From NCBI GenBank assembly GCA_015063185.1, contig SUSY01000006.1:2703-66702 (forward strand): DNA of 64,000 bases. The letters run 5' to 3'. Under the pieces are notes generated by a model. It made no database searches. It saw nothing but the letters and a program-made list of their open reading frames with translations, and was not told the origin of the DNA. The stretch is from Thermoplasmata archaeon (GTDB lineage: Archaea > Thermoplasmatota > Thermoplasmata > Methanomassiliicoccales > Methanomethylophilaceae). Shown one piece after another: positions 9,519 to 16,747 of the stretch (positions are counted from its first letter, which is position 1; every line of letters begins with the position of its first letter). Made by a program: the position numbers and the translations under genes.

Positions 9519-10308
9519 ATCCTGCGTATTCCTTCACCAGCCGTGGGTAGATGGTATCTGCCAAGGTCTCGAGGTTCACAGTGTCCGCCCGATTGTATTC
9601 TATCAGACGTTCTAGCGATTCCTTGTCGCCGTTGTTCCTCCATCTCTTCCAGAGTCTCACAGCCTCAAACCCATCCACTTCGGCTATGTCATCGGACCTT
9701 TGGAGTCCGATCTCTTTCTCGATATTCTTCAATCCCCCGGATATACCTATGTCCCTGCATCCGAATCTGAGGTCGAAGTGTGGCAGGTCAAAGTCCACAT
9801 CTGGGAAACTGCAACGCAACGTGGGTACATCGAAACATCTCCCATTGAACGAGACCAACATGGACACCCCTCTTAAAGCATTGGTGAGGGACTCGGAATC
9901 CAGATTCTCTCCATTGATTAGGGTGATCGTGTCGCCCTTCTTGTGGATCGTGACCACTGTGACCTCGGAATCCCTGTCCAGTCCGTCGGTTTCTATGTCA
10001 AAGTATCCGATAGAATCTCTGAATCTGTTGTAGAGCCTCCAATGTTCACGTGGTTTCAGCATACTTCCGAGGCCGATACTGTCTCCGCAATCGAGGAGGT
10101 CGTACGCATAGTTCAGTTGGGAGTCCATGCGCGACTTCTGTTCGCCTTTGATGTTTCCTACGATGTCCGCATCGATGAAATCGGACCACTTCCTGATTCC
10201 TGATGCCCATAGCGAGGCCTCTTTTCTGGGGCCGAAACGTGGCAGGATCTGGAATGTGCTCTCGATCATGTCAGCGAGATGGCGTTCAGGGATTATTACA
10301 TTACGCAC
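9499..10308 (-). CDS. RNase H-fold 3'-5' exonuclease-like protein (YprB / PolB-exo-like)
   Basis: 269 aa with YFDIETDG (DxE), SFNGRCFD and EYNRADT (YxxxD). It overlaps the RecJ-like start by 20 nt. Confidence 0.6.
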   Translation of the reverse strand: MRNVIIPERHLADMIESTFQILPRFGPRKEASLWASGIRKWSDFIDADIVGNIKGEQKSRMDSQLNYAYDLLDCGDSIGLGSMLKPREHWRLYNRFRDSIGYFDIETDGLDRDSEVTVVTIHKKGDTITLINGENLDSESLTNALRGVSMLVSFNGRCFDVPTLRCSFPDVDFDLPHFDLRFGCRDIGISGGLKNIEKEIGLQRSDDIAEVDGFEAVRLWKRWRNNGDKESLERLIEYNRADTVNLETLADTIYPRLVKEYAGFEEDIS

Positions 10309-10352
10309 ATGTTTCCGTCAATGTAAATTATAACGGATGCATATCGTGATAC

Positions 10353-11075
10353 ATGGATTCGGTCGAGGTGGAACCCGGATTGAGGGTCACCAATGATAGG
10401 TGCATCATATTTGATGAGGAGAGAGTCATGGTCATAGGCGATCTGCACCTCGGTTATGAGAAGGCTCTGGAGGACGAGGGCATGTATCTGCCCCGCATTA
10501 ATACCGAATCCATAAGGGAGTCGCTCAACCGTCTGATAGAGAAGTATGAGCCGAAAGAGATCGTACTTCTTGGGGACATAAAGCACGATTTCAAACGTGC
10601 CAAATTCGAAGGGAAGGAGGAGGTACGTTCGATAGTTTCCTTGATCCGTGATGCTGCCAAGGTAACGATTGTGAAAGGCAATCACGATAATTATGTGCAG
10701 AACATCGTGGCGGATATGGGGATCCCGGTGGTGGACCATGTCGACATCGGTGGATACCGGTTGGAACATGGGCATGTGGATTCTGGGGTGCGCCCTGTCA
10801 TCATAGGTCACGAGCATCCGTCTGTGAAAATCATCGGAGCGCTCTCGGGCGGTCTGAAGATGCAGTGTTTCATATATGCGCGTAAGGAAGGCGTGTTGGT
10901 TCTGCCTCCGTTCAGTTTTCTTTCATCCGGAACCGACTTCGCCACGTCCTCGGATGATTTCATGTCTCATGCCTGCCGTAGTGCGGATATGGGGGGAGCA
11001 GAGCTGTACGGTATCTCCGAGCTGGGGCTGATAGACCTGGGGATATTATCCGAAGTCTCTAATCTACGTATTTGA
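10353..11075 (+). CDS. calcineurin-like metallophosphoesterase (small archaeal SbcD/Mre11-related family)
   Basis: 240 aa with GDLHLG, LLGDIKHD, GNHD, EHGH and GHEHP motifs. Confidence 0.75.
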   Translation: MDSVEVEPGLRVTNDRCIIFDEERVMVIGDLHLGYEKALEDEGMYLPRINTESIRESLNRLIEKYEPKEIVLLGDIKHDFKRAKFEGKEEVRSIVSLIRDAAKVTIVKGNHDNYVQNIVADMGIPVVDHVDIGGYRLEHGHVDSGVRPVIIGHEHPSVKIIGALSGGLKMQCFIYARKEGVLVLPPFSFLSSGTDFATSSDDFMSHACRSADMGGAELYGISELGLIDLGILSEVSNLRI

Positions 11076-11090
11076 TTGTATGATAGATTA

Positions 11091-11100
11091 TTTTATATAT
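11091..11100 (+). promoter_or_regulatory. TATA-box candidate for the corrinoid-protein gene (implies a 5' UTR of about 85-90 nt)
   Basis: ttttatatat lies in an A/T-rich context about 113 nt upstream of the ATG at 11213. A GGAGGAA RBS sits at 11201-11207. Confidence 0.35.
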
Positions 11101-11212
11101 TGATTTGAGTGCCCTTTCTATAAGATATGGATATAGTAACCATCCATCAGAGCCTTTAAGTCAAACAAGCGGAATTAACTATCCACAACCTCACAAGGTT
11201 GGAGGAATTACA

Positions 11213-11851
11213 ATGAGCGCAAACATGGACGCATTGGTTGACATTGTTGTCAAGGGAAAGATTAAGGACGCAAAGGCAGCAACCCAGGCATGCCTCGACG
11301 AGGGAATCGACGCAAAGACCATCATCTTCGACGCACTCTCCAAGGCAATGGGAATCGTTGGTGACCTCTACGCATCCAAGAAGTACTTCCTTCCCCAGGT
11401 TCTTCTCGCAGCAAACACCCTCTACCAGGGACTCAACCTCTGCCTGCCCCTCCTCGGAGGAGACGGAACCGCATCCAAGGGAACCGTTGTTATCGCAGTC
11501 GTCGAGGGAGATGTTCACGACATCGGAAAGAACATCGTTAAGGCTATGCTGACCGGACTCGGACTCAACGTCATCGACCTCGGAAAGGACATCCCAATCA
11601 AGGACATCGTCGGAACCGCAGTCGACAAGGGCGCACAGATCATCGCAACTTCCACTCTCATGACTCCTACCCTCGCTGGAATGAAGCAGGTTGAGGCAGA
11701 CCTCAAGGAGATGGGAAAGAAGGGCGCAATCAAGACCATGATCGGTGGAGGAGCAACTTCCAAAGAGTTCGCCGACCAGATCGGTGCAGACGGATGGTCC
11801 TACGACGCAGTCGAGGCATCCCACGTCGCAGCAGCATTCCTCGGAATCTGA
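11213..11851 (+). CDS. methyltransferase corrinoid protein (MtaC/MtbC/MtsB family; B12-binding domain)
   Basis: 212 aa from MSANMDALVD, with an RBS 6 nt upstream. Motifs: GDVHDIGKN (DxHxxG), ATSTL (SxL), MIGGGA (GG). Codon bias is very strong. Confidence 0.9.
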   Translation: MSANMDALVDIVVKGKIKDAKAATQACLDEGIDAKTIIFDALSKAMGIVGDLYASKKYFLPQVLLAANTLYQGLNLCLPLLGGDGTASKGTVVIAVVEGDVHDIGKNIVKAMLTGLGLNVIDLGKDIPIKDIVGTAVDKGAQIIATSTLMTPTLAGMKQVEADLKEMGKKGAIKTMIGGGATSKEFADQIGADGWSYDAVEASHVAAAFLGI

Positions 11852-12062
11852 TTTCGATTTAGGAACCTACTCTAAACCTTTTACTTTCAAACCTCTTTCA
11901 ATGTTCTCCCACTGTTCGTGATTTGATCGTACGAGGGGTTCCACACCTCTCCGTTATGCAATGGTCTTAGGTTCCCGTTTATCCATCGACCTGTGTACCG
12001 TATAACCTCTACACATAAATTATACGGTATTCATATATACGCGCTACACGGTACATTTTCTC

Positions 12063-14273
12063 ATGGTTCAAAGATCAGAGTACGACAAATGGGTCCAAGA
12101 ATGGATCGAGAAGGAGAAGGCCGGAGGAAGAAAATGTTTCGACGTTAAGAAGGCCGGCAATTCCTACTACGTGTACTATCAGACGACTAGATACAATCCG
12201 ATGTCCAAGAAGAGAGAGAAGGTTTCTGGGTATCTTGGAAAATTGGTCGAAGGCGTTGGACTTGTCGAACCTGATACATACAGTGATGATTTCGAAAAGG
12301 TATCTGTAGCCAGATATGGTCTCGGAATCGATACGGGAGGATCTTTCACGGATGCAGTCATCATAGATCTGGATGATAACACCGTTGTTGCCAAGAGGAA
12401 GTCCCCCACCACACATGACAATCTTTCCATCGGTCTTTATAAGTCCGTGGATGCAGTGTTCAATTCGTGTGATATCCGGCCACAGGATATCTCATTGGTC
12501 GGAATATCGACAACTTTGGCCACCAACTCTGTCTTGGAGGGTCATGGAGGCGAGGTCGGCCTTATCCTTATCGGATGGGATCCAAAAGAGGAGGTCTACT
12601 TTGGTGAGAAGAACCAGGCGAAGGTGAAGGGTGGCTGTGATAGCAACGGTCGTGTTGTGAGTCCATTGTCCAAGGAAGAGGTCACCAAGGCCATCATGGA
12701 AGTGTCCCAAGGCGTGGATGCCATTGCGATCTCAGGTTTGTTCGCAGTAGCCAATTCCGCACAGGAGAAGAAGGTCAAGGATCTCGCCATCCAGCTTACT
12801 GGTTTGCCAACTGTTGCGGGTCATGAACTCTCCGCAGCACTCGGTATCGATTTGAGGGCGGAAACGGCCGTTCTTAACGGTAAACTCATCCCCATTGTCA
12901 CAAAGTTCTTCGATGATGTCGAGAAGACATTCAGAGAAAAAGGAATCTCCGCTCCGATTATGGTCTACAAGGGAGACGGATCCGTCATGACACTTTCGGA
13001 TGCAAAGAAATATCCTATCCAGACTATCCTTTCCGGCCCTGCTGCCAGTTCTATGGGAGGAAGGGTCCTGTCTGGTCATGAGAACTGTATCATGGTGGAC
13101 ATTGGAGGTACATCTACCGATATCGCGGTCATGGAGGGAGGATTCCCGCAGATCCAGTTCGAGGGAGCGTCCATTGGAAAATGGAGGACACGTGTCAAGG
13201 CAGTGGATATGTGCACGGTCGCGTTGGGAGGAGATTCCAAGATCGGTCTTAACGGGACCAGATTCGTCCTGGGACCTGATAGGGTGGTGCCCCTCTGTAC
13301 TTTCGTCCAGACCCATCCTGGTCTTATCGAGAGGATCAAACATTCTGAGATCTATGAGTACTATGAGGCACTGCCAAATGTGGATAAGTCCATTCTCACC
13401 GAGAAGGAGAGGCGTATCTTCGATGTCATAGAAGGTCAGGGTGCGCTTAACAAGATGGAGATCGTCAACATGGTAGAGGGTCTTTGGCTCATTGATAATG
13501 AGCTCGATTCCATGGTGAAGAAGGAGGCTCTCATCATCGCTTCTCTCACCCCTACCGATGTCATGGTATTCCTGAAGAAGTTCCAGCTTGGGGATTATGC
13601 AGGGTCTGAAGCAGGAATCACCGCATTGTCCGCAAGGATTGGTATGAGTAAGAAACAGGCTGCTGTGGCCGTATTCGATGAGATCAAGGCACAAATCGCA
13701 GAGGTCGTCATGACGAAGATGTTGGACGATGAGTTGAGGAATTGGGACGATCGCGGATCCAGAGTGATGCTCCGTAGGATGATCACAACCAAGCGTGATG
13801 GATTCATGAGTATGTCCTCTAAATTCTCCGTACCTATCATCGGTATCGGTGCACCATCCAAGTACATGATGGAGGATCTCGATGAACGTCTCAATGCCGT
13901 CGTGGAGTTCCCCGAACATAACGATGTGGGTAATGCCGTGGGAGCTGTTTCCAGTAAGCTTGCAGAGTCCCTTTCTGCTACTATCACTCCGACACCCGAT
14001 TACAGGTTCCTCGCAAATATCCCGTTCGCTGGAGCAGCATATTATGCACACCTGGACACTGCCGTGGCGGCAACTCGCAGGTGGCTGGAGTCCTATCTTG
14101 AAAAGAATCTTGAGGCTGCAGGTGCCAGAAACATCGTGAAGTCTTCTAAGATCAAGACTTACATGGCAACAGAAGGCGGTGTCGGCGATTGGGAGGATGA
14201 GACCATCGCGAGGACTGTGAACTTCGTGGAAGTCATCTCCAGGGTAGTCGGTGATCCACCGGAGATTCGTTGA
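12063..14273 (+). CDS. hydantoinase-A/oxoprolinase-A-like ASKHA ATPase with an extra ~85-aa N-terminal domain (no B subunit nearby)
   Basis: 736 aa with GIDTGGSFTDAV, TTLATNSVLEGHGGEVGLILIG and VDIGGTSTDIAV. The N-terminal segment is KKAGNSYYVYYQTTRYNPMSKKREKVSGYLGKL. Confidence 0.75.
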   Translation: MVQRSEYDKWVQEWIEKEKAGGRKCFDVKKAGNSYYVYYQTTRYNPMSKKREKVSGYLGKLVEGVGLVEPDTYSDDFEKVSVARYGLGIDTGGSFTDAVIIDLDDNTVVAKRKSPTTHDNLSIGLYKSVDAVFNSCDIRPQDISLVGISTTLATNSVLEGHGGEVGLILIGWDPKEEVYFGEKNQAKVKGGCDSNGRVVSPLSKEEVTKAIMEVSQGVDAIAISGLFAVANSAQEKKVKDLAIQLTGLPTVAGHELSAALGIDLRAETAVLNGKLIPIVTKFFDDVEKTFREKGISAPIMVYKGDGSVMTLSDAKKYPIQTILSGPAASSMGGRVLSGHENCIMVDIGGTSTDIAVMEGGFPQIQFEGASIGKWRTRVKAVDMCTVALGGDSKIGLNGTRFVLGPDRVVPLCTFVQTHPGLIERIKHSEIYEYYEALPNVDKSILTEKERRIFDVIEGQGALNKMEIVNMVEGLWLIDNELDSMVKKEALIIASLTPTDVMVFLKKFQLGDYAGSEAGITALSARIGMSKKQAAVAVFDEIKAQIAEVVMTKMLDDELRNWDDRGSRVMLRRMITTKRDGFMSMSSKFSVPIIGIGAPSKYMMEDLDERLNAVVEFPEHNDVGNAVGAVSSKLAESLSATITPTPDYRFLANIPFAGAAYYAHLDTAVAATRRWLESYLEKNLEAAGARNIVKSSKIKTYMATEGGVGDWEDETIARTVNFVEVISRVVGDPPEIR

Positions 14274-14279
14274 ATACCA

Positions 14280-14296
14280 ATGCCCCTCTGGGGCAT
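14280..14296 (+). terminator. stop-proximal GC hairpin (ATGCCCC-tct-GGGGCAT)
   Basis: Perfect 7-bp stem starting 7 nt after the TGA at 14271-14273. Confidence 0.4.
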
Positions 14297-14424
14297 ACAA
14301 ACAACTTATTAACTTTTCGATACCATCCCCTCTACCGTCTGGGAGTATTCGTTTAACGGCGAGAATCACGATAAAGAGGATTATATAGGGTGAACCCAAT
14401 CCCAATCTTAAGGAGAGATATATC

Positions 14425-15453
14425 ATGTCAATGACTCCCAGAGAAAGAGTTCTCGCTGCAATGAAGCAGGAAGAGCTCGACAGGCCCCCAGTGGCAGTTT
14501 TCACCCAGTCTGCAACCGTTGGAGAGATGGAGAACTGTGGCGCAGCATGGCCCGAGGCTCACTCTGATGCAAAGCTCATGGCTAAGCTCGGAGCAGCACA
14601 GGCAACCTACTACGGATTCGAGGCTGTTAGGTCCGCATTCTGTCTCACCGCAGAGGCAGAGAGGCTCGGATGCATGGTCGACCCCGGAAAGATCAACTCC
14701 ACCCCCATGATCAAGAAGCACCCCTTCAAGTTCGATGCAATGGAGGACGTCTACGACGAGCCCAACCTCATGGATCCCGAGGAGTTCCTCAAGGGAGGAC
14801 GCCCCGCAGTCGTTATCGAGGCAACCAAGCTCCTCAAGGAGCAGTACGGCAACGAGTACGCTGTCATCGCAGGAAACACCGGACCCTTCACCCTCGCAGG
14901 TCACATGGTCTCCACCGAGAACCTCGTTTTCGGAATCATGATGAACCCCGAGATGGTCATCAAGTGGATCGATGCAGTCAACCCCATCGTCAAGGCATAC
15001 TCCCAGGCACTCGCAGACGCAGGAGCAGACATCATTCAGATGTCCGAGCCCTCCTCCTCTACCGACCTCCTGTCCCCCGACATGTTCACCGAGTACTCCG
15101 GTAACTACGTCAAGACCTCTCTCGCATGTGTCAACGGAGCAGACTCCGTTCTCCACATCTGTGGTGACACCTCCGAGATCATCCCCCTCATGGCAGACAC
15201 TGGTGTCACCGGTATCTCTGTTGAGGAGAAGGTCGACTCCGAGGCAGCAGTCAAGATTGCAGCAGGACGCGTCGCAACCGTCGGAAACGTCGGTGTCGTC
15301 AACCCCCTCCTTCAGGGAACCCCCGACGACTGTGCAGCAGCAGGAAAGAGAATCGCAGCAGCAGGATTCAACGTCATCTCCCCTGGATGCGGTCTCTCCG
15401 CTCTCATCAAGGACGAGAACCTGTTCGCACTTGTCAAGTCCATCAAGGGATAA
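14425..15453 (+). CDS. methylcobamide:CoM methyltransferase (MT2; MtaA/MtbA/MtsA family, URO-D fold)
   Basis: 342 aa. MTPRERVLAAMKQEELDRPPVA N-terminus, with HICGD and SPGCG as putative Zn ligands. RBS AAGGAGAG. Codon bias is very strong. Confidence 0.85.
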   Translation: MSMTPRERVLAAMKQEELDRPPVAVFTQSATVGEMENCGAAWPEAHSDAKLMAKLGAAQATYYGFEAVRSAFCLTAEAERLGCMVDPGKINSTPMIKKHPFKFDAMEDVYDEPNLMDPEEFLKGGRPAVVIEATKLLKEQYGNEYAVIAGNTGPFTLAGHMVSTENLVFGIMMNPEMVIKWIDAVNPIVKAYSQALADAGADIIQMSEPSSSTDLLSPDMFTEYSGNYVKTSLACVNGADSVLHICGDTSEIIPLMADTGVTGISVEEKVDSEAAVKIAAGRVATVGNVGVVNPLLQGTPDDCAAAGKRIAAAGFNVISPGCGLSALIKDENLFALVKSIKG

Positions 15454-15530
15454 GCGTATAGCTTATACCTCAAACCTTTTCCATAACCCTCTTACTTATG
15501 GGTAGCTCGTTTTTGTTCGATTATGAACCA

Positions 15531-15539
15531 TTTTTTTTT
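15531..15539 (+). terminator. oligo-T terminator candidate downstream of the MT2 gene
   Basis: Run of nine T residues 78 nt after the stop, with an earlier TTTTT at about 15510. Confidence 0.45.
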
Positions 15540-15584
15540 GTCGAGTAGTGTTATGTTTATTTACCACCAGTTCTATATGAAATC

Positions 15585-16148
15585 ATGACAGTTCTCACAC
15601 TTGAAAATCTGAAGAAAATGGAAGTTATTTCTCAGGATGCATATAATATTGGAGAGGTCTTGGATGTTCGTTATGATGCATCTAATTGGGCAGCGGAGGG
15701 ACTCAAGGTCAAGTGTACCAAGGACGTCTCCAATATCATCGGAGCAGGTTCCAGTAAATCCATGATCATCGTTAAACCGCCGATGTTCCAGATGCATGAC
15801 GTCATCCTCATTCCAGATACCGTGGAGGATGCCAGACCCTACATTCATGCCGATTCGGACGCATTGGAGGTCGTTTCCAATCTAGAAGGTAAGAAAGTCT
15901 ACACATGTGATCAGCAGATCGTCGGTACCATCGAGGTAGTCAATATCGATACTGCAGCTTGGGCGATCCATTCATTCGTTGTGAGGCTTGATAAGTCAGC
16001 ACATGATCTTCTGGGCATCAAGAAAGGTCTTGGATTCATGACGAAATCCGTTTCAGGACTTACTGTGGGTCATGTGTCAACCGTATCAGAAAACGTTTCC
16101 CTGACCTTGACCATTGATCAGGTCAGGGATGTTGTAACGATAGTTTAG
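15585..16148 (+). CDS. tandem PRC-barrel domain protein
   Basis: 187 aa with two PRC-barrel-like halves (LKKMEVISQDAYNIGEVLDVRYD... and LEGKKVYTCDQQIVGTIEVVNID...). The stop is TAG. Confidence 0.55.
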   Translation: MTVLTLENLKKMEVISQDAYNIGEVLDVRYDASNWAAEGLKVKCTKDVSNIIGAGSSKSMIIVKPPMFQMHDVILIPDTVEDARPYIHADSDALEVVSNLEGKKVYTCDQQIVGTIEVVNIDTAAWAIHSFVVRLDKSAHDLLGIKKGLGFMTKSVSGLTVGHVSTVSENVSLTLTIDQVRDVVTIV

Positions 16149-16747
16149 GCCACATCATAGGCAACCAGGATCGATGCCAATTTGGCATCATCCGGTAGCC
16201 CTCTGTGTTCACGAATCATCTTGTCACTGGTGGGTGCAGGGCTACACGAAACAACGTTCTTGCACCCATTGGATAGGTTGAGCTCAGGGAAGGATACTGG
16301 GGGCATGACGAATGCCTCACTACTTCCCTCACTGGGTATTACATCGAGGAAGACGACGAATCCATCGGATACCATGAGACAACCTTCTTTTCCGATATAC
16401 TGGTCCTGAGTATCGGGAAAAACCTCTACCCCTAGAACCTGTCCATCACTGCATTTCAGAATGACCGTGGGTTCTGGTGGTGGTCTGAAACGTGGATCCT
16501 TGATGATGCAGATGACCTTCTCACGTTTGAGTGCCTCGTTGAATCCTTCGTTGTTGACGGCAGTTCCCGTACCTGGTGATGTGACGGTACTCTCTTCTTC
16601 TTTGACCTTATCGAGGATCTCCTGATCGAGATAGAACGCTTCGCGTACTCCTCTCATTCCTTTGATGATCTCCAAAGGTAGTTCGTTCGACATGTGTGTC
16701 ATATCGTCATAAGTATGTTTATACTTGATTATCTGGCACCTTGTCAT
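16145..16747 (-). CDS. hypothetical protein
   Basis: 200 aa. It has an ATGA start/stop overlap with the upstream gene at 16744-16747. I recognise no family. Confidence 0.5.
   Translation of the reverse strand: MTRCQIIKYKHTYDDMTHMSNELPLEIIKGMRGVREAFYLDQEILDKVKEEESTVTSPGTGTAVNNEGFNEALKREKVICIIKDPRFRPPPEPTVILKCSDGQVLGVEVFPDTQDQYIGKEGCLMVSDGFVVFLDVIPSEGSSEAFVMPPVSFPELNLSNGCKNVVSCSPAPTSDKMIREHRGLPDDAKLASILVAYDVA

Noticed and set aside
11105-11212. N-terminal extension of the corrinoid-protein ORF (36 extra codons in the ORF track).
   Set aside because: A GGAGGAA RBS sits 6 nt before the internal ATG at 11213, and corrinoid proteins of this family start near MSANMDAL. The upstream part is more likely 5' UTR.
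12732-14504. 590-aa minus-strand ORF antisense to the hydantoinase-like gene. Similar long antisense ORFs occur at 25751-27400 (549 aa), 33254-35038 (594 aa), 6794-7795, 52509-53624, 14428-15156, 11156-11824, 41326-42066 and 3022-3828.
   Set aside because: Each lies opposite a sense-strand gene with unambiguous family motifs (argF, argS, hdrB, MT2, the corrinoid protein and so on). The strong sense-codon bias towards C/A-ending codons removes stop codons from the mirror frame. The antisense translations are low-complexity (rich in D/C/H/L/V/G) and have no start context or recognisable domains.
16146-16409. Possible TAG read-through extension of the PRC-barrel gene into ORF 16182-16409.
   Set aside because: A second in-frame TAG follows after only three codons, and the downstream frame is antisense to the 200-aa minus-strand gene. 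Nothing supports read-through.
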